Sequence record: NZ_CP067021.1
Direction: 5' to 3' (one strand)
Source of the DNA: a plasmid
Length of the DNA stretch: 64,000 nt
The translations under genes and the position numbers were made by a program. The notes under the pieces are model-generated. The model was not told the DNA's origin and did not search any database. It was given only the letters and a program-made list of their open reading frames with translations. This document shows positions 9,281 to 18,512 of this stretch, piece by piece (within the stretch, counting starts at the first letter, position 1; every line of letters starts with the position of its first letter).

Positions 9281-10540
9281 TTAGTCAATCACTAAACCCG
9301 ACTTTAATTCGTCCTTATAATAGTCGGTATTAAACTCATTTGCTATATTAAGATCAAAATAATAAAAGGTATCTAGGTTATTAGCTAAAAGTGTTTTAAC
9401 AAATTCATGGCTACCATTAACGTTTTCAATAGAATCTAAAGTAGGCTTTATACTAAAACCACTATGGCCTCTCCACTTTCGCCCATAAAAGTTAGAAGCA
9501 GTATCTTTACCAGCATGTCCAAAAGCACCAGCTATCACAAACTTATCAATACCCTTTACCTTAGCATTTGCAATACATTGATGCCTTGTACTGTATAAAG
9601 TAGGTCGTTGATCTTCATTAGTTAAAACCTTGCCTCTAAGTTTAAAGTAATTGATATAACTTAAACGTAAACGCTCTTGCAGTATTTTAATAAAAGTCTG
9701 TTTTTCATCCCATCCAAAGGTATAGCCACTACTTTTATTTAAACTAGTTACCTTTCTCACATACCTATTTAGCAAGTTCCAGTAAAGGTATATCTTTTCT
9801 TGATCTTCATGTTTAAGGTCATCAAGTATTAAATACCTTTTAAGTCCATTAGCCCGACCATGTGTAGCCTTGCCATTTTCCACAATCATGATCAGTTTTG
9901 GTCCTTTTACTGCACAACAGAATGAAACGGAAAACCACTCAACAGGACGCAATCCAACAACAAGATTGGCATCAACAAAAGCAACCATCATCCGATCAAA
10001 CTCACTAACCCTAGTGTTACTCTCGTTCTTATGTTCGAATTCTCTTACCAAGTAGTTGTAAAACGTGCGTTCAAAGTACTTTGTTTTCAGCTCAGAAGTA
10101 CGCTTAGGTTTGTCCTTGTTAGCTGTATATTTTGTGTTAATGATTCTTAAATATAGTTCTTCTAAAAAATATTCATCAAAACCAGCATCTATATCTTCAT
10201 CATTAATAGAGCCATTATTTAGCTCATTAAGCTTTAGACCGATTCCATATACTAAATATGCACGATAAGTTCTAAATGTAGATTCCGCATAATATCCATT
10301 TTCAGATTTAGTTTTAAATTCAGAATATATGTTTTCATATAACATTTTTAAATCTAGCTCTGAACTATCTAAATGTTTATCAATCTTTTGCTTAAGCTCA
10401 ATATCATATTTAGTCTTAGTAGAATACGGAAAATCTTCTATACGACTTGTATATTCTTTTAATGTCTTTGGATAGCTATTAGGATTCTCAAAACTGCTCA
10501 CCACTACCACCCTTAATCCACATGCAAAACATGAGCACAT
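9281..10540 (-). CDS. Tyrosine recombinase / phage-integrase-family protein, 419 aa (true N-terminus uncertain).
   Basis: The C-terminal region YSTRHQCIANAKVKGIDKFVIAGAFGHAGKDTASNFYG aligns with the box II HxxR...GH...Y motif of tyrosine recombinases (RH, GH, terminal Y). Confidence 0.5.
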   Translation of the reverse strand: MCSCFACGLRVVVVSSFENPNSYPKTLKEYTSRIEDFPYSTKTKYDIELKQKIDKHLDSSELDLKMLYENIYSEFKTKSENGYYAESTFRTYRAYLVYGIGLKLNELNNGSINDEDIDAGFDEYFLEELYLRIINTKYTANKDKPKRTSELKTKYFERTFYNYLVREFEHKNESNTRVSEFDRMMVAFVDANLVVGLRPVEWFSVSFCCAVKGPKLIMIVENGKATHGRANGLKRYLILDDLKHEDQEKIYLYWNLLNRYVRKVTSLNKSSGYTFGWDEKQTFIKILQERLRLSYINYFKLRGKVLTNEDQRPTLYSTRHQCIANAKVKGIDKFVIAGAFGHAGKDTASNFYGRKWRGHSGFSIKPTLDSIENVNGSHEFVKTLLANNLDTFYYFDLNIANEFNTDYYKDELKSGLVID

Positions 10541-10867
10541 ACTACAACGTTAAACACCTTTCTAAAAGTACTCGTTAAAACGTTTTTCACTTTAAGCAAA
10601 ATGTTTTTCACTTTTAAGCCCAATAAATGCAAATGTCTTTTTTGACTCCTCTCTTGTTAGTACAGTGGAAAAATCAAAAAAATGAAGTTGAGAAATCATA
10701 AAAACACAGTGGGCCTTTTTTACAGTGAAGTGCTTGATATGCGTAGTTTCAATAGTCTTTTGCCAGTGCTGATGCCTTAAATTTTTAGGGATAAATACGA
10801 CTCTAAGCACATCATTATTGCAGTTTAATTGGTGTTTAAGGTGTAAAACTTTATATTTAAGATGCAC

Positions 10868-11577
10868 AGCACTAAACCATAGGGTAGGTTTTTATAAGTA
10901 GCAGTTGTAATGTCTTTAAAGTTTTAAATTAGTAATGGTATATACCAAGATGCATTTTTTCTTCAAACAGTTTTTATCAATTTATTTAATATTAAAGAAG
11001 CTGACTTATAAATAAATTGCATTATCCACATTAATATTTTTATTGTTAATTAAAAAAGTATATAAACATCTTTATTAATGTACTTCTATATTGTAAAATA
11101 TAAATTACAGTATTAACAATATTTTAAGTAAAAAATAAACTAAATCTAGTTTGTTATTTTCTGTATAAAATTTATTCTAAAAAAAGAACAATAAAGATAA
11201 TAAAAAGAAAGAATAAGACTATAAAGGATTATAAAAGACGTCTAGCAAACTATAAGAGCTCATTTACTCTCTACAATTGATTGAAAAAAGTACGTTGTAT
11301 TTCTATTTCAGATAAGTACTACTAAAAAAAAGCATTGTTTTGGACAGACAATGCACCTAAAAAGAGTATTTTTTACAGATTTGTCTTGTTTAGGCCAGGT
11401 ACGACTGCCTAAAGAACGGCCTTAGATATACGTTAAAGCTTATAAATTAGGTTTAAGCGAGTGTCTAAAAGTCGGCTTTATACCTTTTAAGGGGTTTTTT
11501 ATAATTAATAAAGTGCATTTTAAAAGTTTTTAGACTAAAATCATTTTGTCTTTATACCCACTTAATCCGGAGTAAAA
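10868..11577. promoter_or_regulatory. AT-rich divergent control region of about 700 bp between the minus-strand traL-U block and the plus-strand traH-K-like block.
   Basis: No ORF with coding character is present, AT content is extreme, and the region is flanked by divergently transcribed operons. Confidence 0.5.
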
Positions 11578-12024
11578 ATGAAGCACAATAAAAAGCTTTT
11601 AAGCGTTCTTGCAATTGGTTTAATGATGTCTGGATGTGCTAGTCGTGATGTAACGCAATTAAACGTAGCAAGCCCTTTATCTATTATATCTGAAGCATCT
11701 CAAGAGGCTTTAATTGCACAACAGAATTTAAAGAACTCTACTGCAATTCAAATGCAAACTGCTCAGAAGAAACAAGGTAGCATCAACCATGACCTTTTAA
11801 ATATCGACTACATAGGCGATCCAATACCTTTAATTAAAAGTATTTCTAGCCAATACGGATACCGTTTTGTAGAAGCTGGTCCTACCCATGAGCTTCCAAT
11901 TGTTAATTTTAATAAAAAGCGTGTTACGGGTGTAGAAGCTTTACGCAATATTTCTGCATATTTAAATACTGCTTCGATAACTCTAGATCATCAAAATAAA
12001 AGTATTTTATTGACTTATAACTAA
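11578..12024 (+). CDS. Lipoprotein (TraH / DotD-like), 148 aa.
   Basis: Signal peptide with a lipobox (LMMSGC). It is the first gene of the plus-strand T4BSS block, placed as dotD/traH precedes dotC-dotB. Confidence 0.55.
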   Translation: MKHNKKLLSVLAIGLMMSGCASRDVTQLNVASPLSIISEASQEALIAQQNLKNSTAIQMQTAQKKQGSINHDLLNIDYIGDPIPLIKSISSQYGYRFVEAGPTHELPIVNFNKKRVTGVEALRNISAYLNTASITLDHQNKSILLTYN

Positions 12025-12061
12025 CACCCTTTAAATCCTTTTATAAATATCTGGAGTTTTT

Positions 12062-12871
12062 ATGGACTACTCTAATAATGCTTCATTACAAGAGCTACTA
12101 AACCCATCTAACCAGTCTTCTTTAGAAGTTCATGTTAGTAATGTTGAACAGCAAGCTCGTTATGAAGCCATGCTTGAATTGGTTAAGCAAAAAGGTATTA
12201 AGTTAGGGATCAATACGTATTTAAGCAACTCTCGTGAGGTCATCAAAAGCCAAGAGCGTAACCTTGATACAATCTTTAACTTTAAACCTTACATGATCAA
12301 AGGTGTTGTTGTTCCCCCGGTTATTATTGAATCAAAAGATGTAACTGAGACACCTAATGCCATGTCGTACAAGACGACTAAGCAGACTTATAAAATCTTG
12401 AAACAAGCTCGTTTCAGTACTCGTGCACCTGATTGGCGTCAGTACCTTGTTTTCCCTACACTTGATAGCAATGTTGATTACGTGACTTTCATTCCGAAAG
12501 AAATGTTACCAGCTAACGAACAAGAACGAAAAATATGGAAAGAGACTGCTGCTAAGTCTTATGAAATGGGTTTAGTTGAGGGCCGAAATATTGTTGAAGA
12601 TGCAGTAGATCGTCTTAAACGAGATTATTTGGGGATGGTTACTTTCCATAAGTTTGTTTTAGAGGGCAAGTTATCAATGCCAGCAATTAGCAGTCAATCA
12701 CTGGCTGTTACTTCTACACAAGACACTATTGCTCTTGATATGAAATTGCTTCAAATCCAACAATTACCGCAGTTCAATTCAAATATTGAAACTTGGAAAC
12801 CAATTCTCCAACCTGAACAAATTGCACCTAGCTATCAAATTCCAAAAATTAACCTTGTTAGCGAACCTTAA
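12062..12871 (+). CDS. TraI / DotC-position protein, 269 aa. No signal peptide is seen, so the assignment is positional only.
   Basis: Lies between the DotD-like and DotB-like genes. No lipobox is visible. Confidence 0.35.
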   Translation: MDYSNNASLQELLNPSNQSSLEVHVSNVEQQARYEAMLELVKQKGIKLGINTYLSNSREVIKSQERNLDTIFNFKPYMIKGVVVPPVIIESKDVTETPNAMSYKTTKQTYKILKQARFSTRAPDWRQYLVFPTLDSNVDYVTFIPKEMLPANEQERKIWKETAAKSYEMGLVEGRNIVEDAVDRLKRDYLGMVTFHKFVLEGKLSMPAISSQSLAVTSTQDTIALDMKLLQIQQLPQFNSNIETWKPILQPEQIAPSYQIPKINLVSEP

Positions 12872-12898
12872 GTTCGCTAACTCAATTGGAAGTTTTAA

Positions 12899-14194
12899 AT
12901 GCAAATGAAGGTTTCGACATTAAAAGCAAAATCTGCATTATTTGATGTTAACAAGATTAAAGGATCTGAAAATAAGATTCTGACAGCTACCAAAGACATT
13001 CGCAAAGACTACGATTCTAGTCGTGGTTTTGGTTTGGCTACATTAACAGCCATAACGACATACAAAGATCCGAAACAAGGGTTTAAAAGTCGCGATGAAT
13101 TTGAAAGTCTTCTATATGAAGCATTAGCTCATGGTGCTTCAGATATTTTCATTAGTCCAGATCGCCCCATCACAATGATGAAAGACTTGGACTTATATTC
13201 GTTAACACACCGTATTATCAATCGTGATGAAGCTTTACACATCCTAAGAACGATTGCTGATGAAAATGCCTACTTAGTCCTTATTAATAATAAGTTTATT
13301 AATAAGGCATATCGTATTCTGCAGAAAGACGCTTCAGGTAAGGAAACTCGTTATAACTTTCGTGTGAACGTATCTCGAACTTCGTATCGTGGATCTGGAG
13401 ATTCTTTTCAGATAACGTTACGTACAATTTCTGGCATCCCCCCTCACTTTTCAAAAGTGGGTTTAGATGAAGATTTCATCAATAGATCGCTACCTCACAA
13501 TGGTTGCTACATCATCGGCGGTATCACTGGTTCTGGTAAAAGTACAACACTAGCTTCAAATATTCGCTATGTGTTGGAAAATAATACTCATATTCGTGGA
13601 AATATTTTAACTCACAATGAGCCTATCGAATACGAGTATGACGCAATTGAAAGCACACACAGTATTGTTAGTCAAAGTGAAATCCCCAATAACTTCGAGA
13701 CTTTTGCGGATGCAAATAGAGAGGCGATGCGTAGACGTCCTGCTGCAGTTGAAATCGGTGAATTGCGAGATAAAGAAACAATTTCTGCAGCTCTAGAACT
13801 TTCTTTAACTGGCCACCCTGTTTTTGCAACGGTTCACGCAACCACAGTAGACAAAATTATTCCACGTATGTTGAAGCGCTTTAAGCATGAAGAACATCTT
13901 CAGGCTGCAGCTGACATTATTGGTTCAGTTTATACATTGATTGCTCAACGTCTTGTTAAAGATGTGAACGGCAAGGTATTTGCTGTAAGGGAACACTTAA
14001 TTTTATCACCTCAACTTAAAGAACAATTGCTTTTAATTGATGATATTCATGCTCAACAGAAGTTTATTCGAGAGTTAATGATTAATTCTGATGGTTCAGA
14101 TCCAAACATCAGTAAGAGTTTCAGGAAACAAGCTGACGATCTACTCAAAGCTGGTCGTTTGCATGAAGACTACTATTACAAACTGATTTATTAA
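12899..14194 (+). CDS. PilT/VirB11-family secretion ATPase (TraJ / DotB-like), 431 aa.
   Basis: Walker A GGITGSGKSTT, an Asp box, Walker B AAVEIGELRD and a His box (ATVHATT). Confidence 0.8.
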   Translation: MQMKVSTLKAKSALFDVNKIKGSENKILTATKDIRKDYDSSRGFGLATLTAITTYKDPKQGFKSRDEFESLLYEALAHGASDIFISPDRPITMMKDLDLYSLTHRIINRDEALHILRTIADENAYLVLINNKFINKAYRILQKDASGKETRYNFRVNVSRTSYRGSGDSFQITLRTISGIPPHFSKVGLDEDFINRSLPHNGCYIIGGITGSGKSTTLASNIRYVLENNTHIRGNILTHNEPIEYEYDAIESTHSIVSQSEIPNNFETFADANREAMRRRPAAVEIGELRDKETISAALELSLTGHPVFATVHATTVDKIIPRMLKRFKHEEHLQAAADIIGSVYTLIAQRLVKDVNGKVFAVREHLILSPQLKEQLLLIDDIHAQQKFIRELMINSDGSDPNISKSFRKQADDLLKAGRLHEDYYYKLIY

Positions 14195-14203
14195 GAGGCG
14201 AAT

Positions 14204-14473
14204 ATGGATGATCAATATGCACACTGGTCGCAATTTAGATTAAATCTAATCCTATGGGGCGGTTTAAACGGATATTTGTTTATACCTTTTCTAGCTGTTG
14301 TTATTAAGTTTTCCTTATTCAAACTTATGCTTTTCATCGGCTTGATAGTAGCAACATTGGTTATTGAAAAAGTATTTAAATACAAATACAGCTATATCCC
14401 CTCTGCTCTTAGACGCTTAGTTTTTGGGGGCAATAAATACACTAGACGCGGTAGAAGACGTTACTCGTTGTAA
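14204..14473 (+). CDS. Small membrane protein (TraK / IcmT-like), 89 aa.
   Basis: Two TM helices and a basic C-terminal tail. Size and position right after dotB match IcmT/TraK. Confidence 0.5.
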   Translation: MDDQYAHWSQFRLNLILWGGLNGYLFIPFLAVVIKFSLFKLMLFIGLIVATLVIEKVFKYKYSYIPSALRRLVFGGNKYTRRGRRRYSL

Positions 14474-14484
14474 ATCTTGAAAAA

Positions 14485-15606
14485 TTGAAAGGTAAACTTA
14501 TGAAAAATACTCAAAATGAAAAACCAGCGATTGAAGAACGTTATATTGTTCTAGGTATTGATGATGGACATGGCGGTACAAAGCTTTATGCTGGTCTAGA
14601 TCCAGATGGAAATGAAATCAAACTGACTATTCCTAGTATTGCTTATTCAGGAAAAGTCCTCACTGGCGAAGAGGAATCTACTGACTATTATGTGGTTAAA
14701 GTTAATGAAAACCTTTATACAGTTGGTAAGAAGATCAATAGTAGTGTTCCTCTAGATACCAGAACAGATGAATACCCGACATCTGAATATAACAAGGCAC
14801 TAATACACCAGGCAATTAAGGCCTATATTGACCATATCGGAACATATGATGGTAGAGCGTTTGCAATCGCTACTTCACTTCCTGTTAGTCGCTATTACAC
14901 ACCTGAAAAAACCAAAAACATGCCACTTATTGATATGAAAACTAATTTTCTACTCAATGGTGATGTTTGCTACAACTTAAAAGATCATAAAGCTGGTAAA
15001 CCGCTTAATATCATTAAAAGACATATTGTTAAATGTGAAGCTCAAACAGCTTATTTTAATGAGATTATTGATGTACACGGAAACGGGTCAGAAGATAGTG
15101 ATCTTTTAATAAGTTCTGAATGTGCTGTAATCGATATTGGCGGTAAAACCACTGATATTGTAGTCACATTAGATGGAGGAAACATGCTTGATGGCCATCG
15201 TTCTACATCACGTAACCTTGGTATTCTTACCATCTATGAACGAATCACTAGCTTAATTCTTGAATCTGGCTATAAAACGGTTAACGCTAACTGGCTAGAT
15301 TTCGCACTAAAATCTGGAAATTATGGTATAGGATCTCAAGCCAAAGATATTAGAGGTTTAATTCAGCAAGCTAAAAACGAATTCATGATCGAATTAAATA
15401 ACTTTATCTCTAAACAGATCGGTGGAGGAGATGATTTAGCATTAGTATTATTTTGTGGAGGCGGTGCAGCTTTTCTTGAAAAAGAGATTAAAGAAAAGTA
15501 CGACTTACCGAACGTAAGAATCGCAGAATCACCAGAGTACGCCAATGCTAAAGGTTTATATAAGTTAGCTAAATACATGTATAAAATGTACGCAGAAATC
15601 AAATGA
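14485..15606 (+). CDS. Actin-like ATPase of the ParM/StbA family, 373 aa.
   Basis: IVLGIDDGHGGTKL (phosphate 1), AVIDIGGKTTDIVV (phosphate 2) and VLFCGGGAAFL (adenosine motif) resemble the ParM motifs. Confidence 0.6.
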   Translation: MKGKLMKNTQNEKPAIEERYIVLGIDDGHGGTKLYAGLDPDGNEIKLTIPSIAYSGKVLTGEEESTDYYVVKVNENLYTVGKKINSSVPLDTRTDEYPTSEYNKALIHQAIKAYIDHIGTYDGRAFAIATSLPVSRYYTPEKTKNMPLIDMKTNFLLNGDVCYNLKDHKAGKPLNIIKRHIVKCEAQTAYFNEIIDVHGNGSEDSDLLISSECAVIDIGGKTTDIVVTLDGGNMLDGHRSTSRNLGILTIYERITSLILESGYKTVNANWLDFALKSGNYGIGSQAKDIRGLIQQAKNEFMIELNNFISKQIGGGDDLALVLFCGGGAAFLEKEIKEKYDLPNVRIAESPEYANAKGLYKLAKYMYKMYAEIK

Positions 15607-16430
15607 CAGATTCAAACTACATACAACTATCCTATCAATTAATTCACTTAACAAGAGAAGATCTTGATGTGATTAGTAGTGTTAATAGAAATCTACCAGG
15701 TCTAGACTTAAACGCTTTTAGTTTAAGTCTGCTGTATTTGGGATTTATCTTTTGTACTGACAAGCAGAAGATTTTTCTAAATGCGCCAGTGCAAAATGAA
15801 ATAGACGAGATGTTTGCACAGCCTGTACGAATGAAAATAGATAAAAATGCAAATCAAAAACTATTTAATTCAATTAAAAAACATCCTCAAGGAAAGCTTC
15901 GTAGAAATTACATAACTGCTGTTTTACATGCTGGTATAGCGGTTCTAATTGAGCTTTCATACCTTTATAAGTTGTATGAAGTTAATGAGGATATGGCAAG
16001 CCTATATTCTGTCAATTCTTTCCTATTAAGGTTTGGTTTAAGTACTTGTGTTGAAACATACTCCAAGTTTAATACTGCTTACTATGTGTATGATATTGAA
16101 TATCTTGAAAAAAAGTATCTTGATCATATCACCATACAAATACCAGAAAGTAGTAAGGAGAAAAGTGAACAATCACCTAAAAAGCCCGTAACTGATTCTA
16201 TCAAGAGCAAGGAGGTTCCTGTTCAAAAAGCAGTTAAGATAAAGGAAGCTAAACATACTGAACATAAAAACATTCAGGACCACTCCCCTACCGTTGAAAC
16301 ATCTCAAAATACCGAAACATCCGAAATTAACAATGCTAAACCAAGTCAAAACGTATCTGAATCAAAACCAGTAACCAATCCAAGTAATTCGGATTGGCTT
16401 AACAAGACTTTTAATCCAGATCTATTATAA
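15603..16430 (+). CDS. Hypothetical protein of 275 aa, overlapping the parM-like stop. Possible partner or adaptor. It has a low-complexity S/T/N/K-rich C-terminus.
   Basis: 4-bp overlap with the upstream gene. A terminator follows immediately. Confidence 0.45.
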   Translation: MTDSNYIQLSYQLIHLTREDLDVISSVNRNLPGLDLNAFSLSLLYLGFIFCTDKQKIFLNAPVQNEIDEMFAQPVRMKIDKNANQKLFNSIKKHPQGKLRRNYITAVLHAGIAVLIELSYLYKLYEVNEDMASLYSVNSFLLRFGLSTCVETYSKFNTAYYVYDIEYLEKKYLDHITIQIPESSKEKSEQSPKKPVTDSIKSKEVPVQKAVKIKEAKHTEHKNIQDHSPTVETSQNTETSEINNAKPSQNVSESKPVTNPSNSDWLNKTFNPDLL

Positions 16431-16458
16431 AAAAACCGGCAATGCCGGTTTTTTTCAT
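16429..16458. terminator. Bidirectional intrinsic terminator (ACCGGCAATGCCGGT stem flanked by an A-run and a T-run).
   Basis: Perfect hairpin, with AAAAAA on the 5' side and TTTTTTT on the 3' side, between convergent genes. Confidence 0.7.
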
Positions 16459-16474
16459 TCAAAGTTTTGAAACT

Positions 16475-17536
16475 TCAATCATTCAAGCTCTTAAAAAACT
16501 CTTCAATTTTTCTAGCTTTCTCTTCTGTAATATCGGCATCCAAGGCTACTCGCAACTTAAGTACACTCTTACCTTTGGTACCACATTCAGAACTCATAGA
16601 ACCAAATTTAACGCCCTTATCTGTTTTAAAATCGAATTTATTCTTACTCGATTGTTCTTCAGTAGTAGCTTCTTCAGTTTTTTCAGGCTTAGTCGCCTTA
16701 TTTGCTTTTTCTTCTTCACTCAAAATAGCTATAAATCCTTTATGACGCTTGCCCGTGGATTTAAATTCTTCAACGTATTTATCCCATTCTGGTCTTAACA
16801 AGTCGAAAATTGCTTTTTCGGTTTTAGTTTCTAAAGCTTTATTTATTGCGGTATTCACTTCTTGAGCAATATATCCAGAAATTAGCTCAGGATCTTCGTT
16901 CAAAGAGTCCAAAATGAACTCAGGTAAGTCTAGAATATATTTGAGACGGAAATACTTCGACTTATCAATCGCAAATTTTTCAGTAACAAATTCATAACTT
17001 TCAAAAGGATAACCGAACTCTTCACATAATTGCTTGATTTTTAATATGCTTTCAAAATCTGTAAGATTATGTCTAGCAGTATTATCCAATAAAGCTGTTA
17101 TAGCAGCTTTATCATCATTCATAGATGTTTTAACTAAAGCAGTAATTCTCTTTAGCTTTAAAATCTCTTTAATTGCTCTAAAACGTCTCTCACCAGCAAT
17201 TAACTCGTAACGATTACCCTTCTGTCGAACAGTAATTGGGTTAATTTGTCCATTAATTTCTATATCAGCAGCCAAAATTGGCAACTTCTCATATACACGT
17301 TTATTCATGATACGTGGTTGATAAGGTGATGGATCAATTAAATCAATGTCGATTGATTCTAAATGAGATCCGCTAACAATATTTTTTGTTTCTCGCTTAG
17401 CTAGTGGGTTAAGACTCCCCTCTTCTATGGCTGGAGTCGCTGTATTTTCTTTTACATCAGTAACTTGAGCGTCACTCCCTGTTGCATTAGCAACAGGTGT
17501 TTTTTTCATGCTTTTTACTTTGTCTTTAAAGTTCAT
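16475..17536 (-). CDS. parB: ParB-family partition protein, 353 aa.
   Basis: ParB/Srx N-terminal motif (...ITVRQKGNRYELIAGERRFRA...). It lies directly downstream of parA in the same operon. Confidence 0.8.
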   Translation of the reverse strand: MNFKDKVKSMKKTPVANATGSDAQVTDVKENTATPAIEEGSLNPLAKRETKNIVSGSHLESIDIDLIDPSPYQPRIMNKRVYEKLPILAADIEINGQINPITVRQKGNRYELIAGERRFRAIKEILKLKRITALVKTSMNDDKAAITALLDNTARHNLTDFESILKIKQLCEEFGYPFESYEFVTEKFAIDKSKYFRLKYILDLPEFILDSLNEDPELISGYIAQEVNTAINKALETKTEKAIFDLLRPEWDKYVEEFKSTGKRHKGFIAILSEEEKANKATKPEKTEEATTEEQSSKNKFDFKTDKGVKFGSMSSECGTKGKSVLKLRVALDADITEEKARKIEEFFKSLND

Positions 17537-17545
17537 ATCAGCACC

Positions 17546-18382
17546 TTATAATTTTTTGTATTCAGAAACCATTAGATCTACAAGTTGATTAATTGCTTGT
17601 TTTGCTGGTGTTTCTTTTCCAGCATCCAGATCAAATACGGAACACTTAACATATGATGCTTGACTAAAAACCGTAGCATTTGGAATACAGATTAATTCCT
17701 TATTTACCAGTTTTTCTTGTAATTTTGGTTGAGCATATTCATTGCGAATATCTTCAGCCAAGGTAAGATCCACTGTATTACGCTTGTTATAAAAGTTTAG
17801 TACTGGCGATAGAATTTTTAAATCTGGATTGCTTGTCTCTAAATCATCCATAGAGTTAAGTATATCTTCCAAACCCTGAATACTGTATTCACCCTGTAAT
17901 GGAATTAATAAACTGTTTGATGCTAACAAAGCATTAAAAGTTAAAGTTTCCATTCGCGGTGGACAATCTAACAAAATAAAGTCGAAATCCCCTTTTATCT
18001 TTCTTAATACACTTCTAATAATTTCATTAGGAACTGGACTAGAACGTTGAATATTGATCTCAACATCACGAATGTTTTTAGCACAAGGAATCAAAGATAC
18101 ATTTTCAAAGTTGGTTTTATCTGGACCTTGTATAACATCGTGGATGTTAATTGTTTTATAGTTTTCAAAAATATCTTTTAGAGTGCCATCTATATCGTCA
18201 ATATCTGGAACATTTGAAATATGTTTTGTTGCATTACGTTGGCTATCTAAGTCGATTACTAAAACCGTATAACCTAATTTTCCAAGCTTAGCAGCACAAT
18301 TCACTGTAGATGTTGTTTTGCCCACACCACCTTTAAAATGGATGCTTGTACAAATATAAGTTTTTCCTGAGTTCTTTTGCAT
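17546..18382 (-). CDS. parA: ParA-family partition ATPase, 278 aa.
   Basis: Deviant Walker A KGGVGKTT near the N-terminus. There is no N-terminal HTH extension. The iteron array lies upstream. Confidence 0.85.
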   Translation of the reverse strand: MQKNSGKTYICTSIHFKGGVGKTTSTVNCAAKLGKLGYTVLVIDLDSQRNATKHISNVPDIDDIDGTLKDIFENYKTINIHDVIQGPDKTNFENVSLIPCAKNIRDVEINIQRSSPVPNEIIRSVLRKIKGDFDFILLDCPPRMETLTFNALLASNSLLIPLQGEYSIQGLEDILNSMDDLETSNPDLKILSPVLNFYNKRNTVDLTLAEDIRNEYAQPKLQEKLVNKELICIPNATVFSQASYVKCSVFDLDAGKETPAKQAINQLVDLMVSEYKKL

Positions 18383-18512
18383 TTTTCAATCACCTTTCAA
18401 GTAAAGTCAAACAATACAATATTTGAAAAATATTTAAAATACTTTTTCACTTTATTTTTAATATATTTTAACTTTTTCAATCTATATGCCTAACATGTGT
18501 CCATATCTTATG

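Noticed and set aside
10592-10867. 91-aa ORF upstream of the recombinase-like gene
   Set aside because: Low-complexity, His/Lys-rich sequence in an AT-rich noncoding region. It is more likely a chance ORF, though a small regulator cannot be excluded.
12062-12871. Confident DotC/TraI lipoprotein call
   Set aside because: The position matches, but no signal peptide or lipobox is present at the N-terminus and no upstream in-frame extension is available. I downgraded it to a positional guess.
16442-16798. 118-aa and 92-aa plus-strand ORFs overlapping the 3' end of parB
   Set aside because: They are antisense to a well-supported ParB ORF and begin inside the bidirectional terminator. Shadow ORFs.
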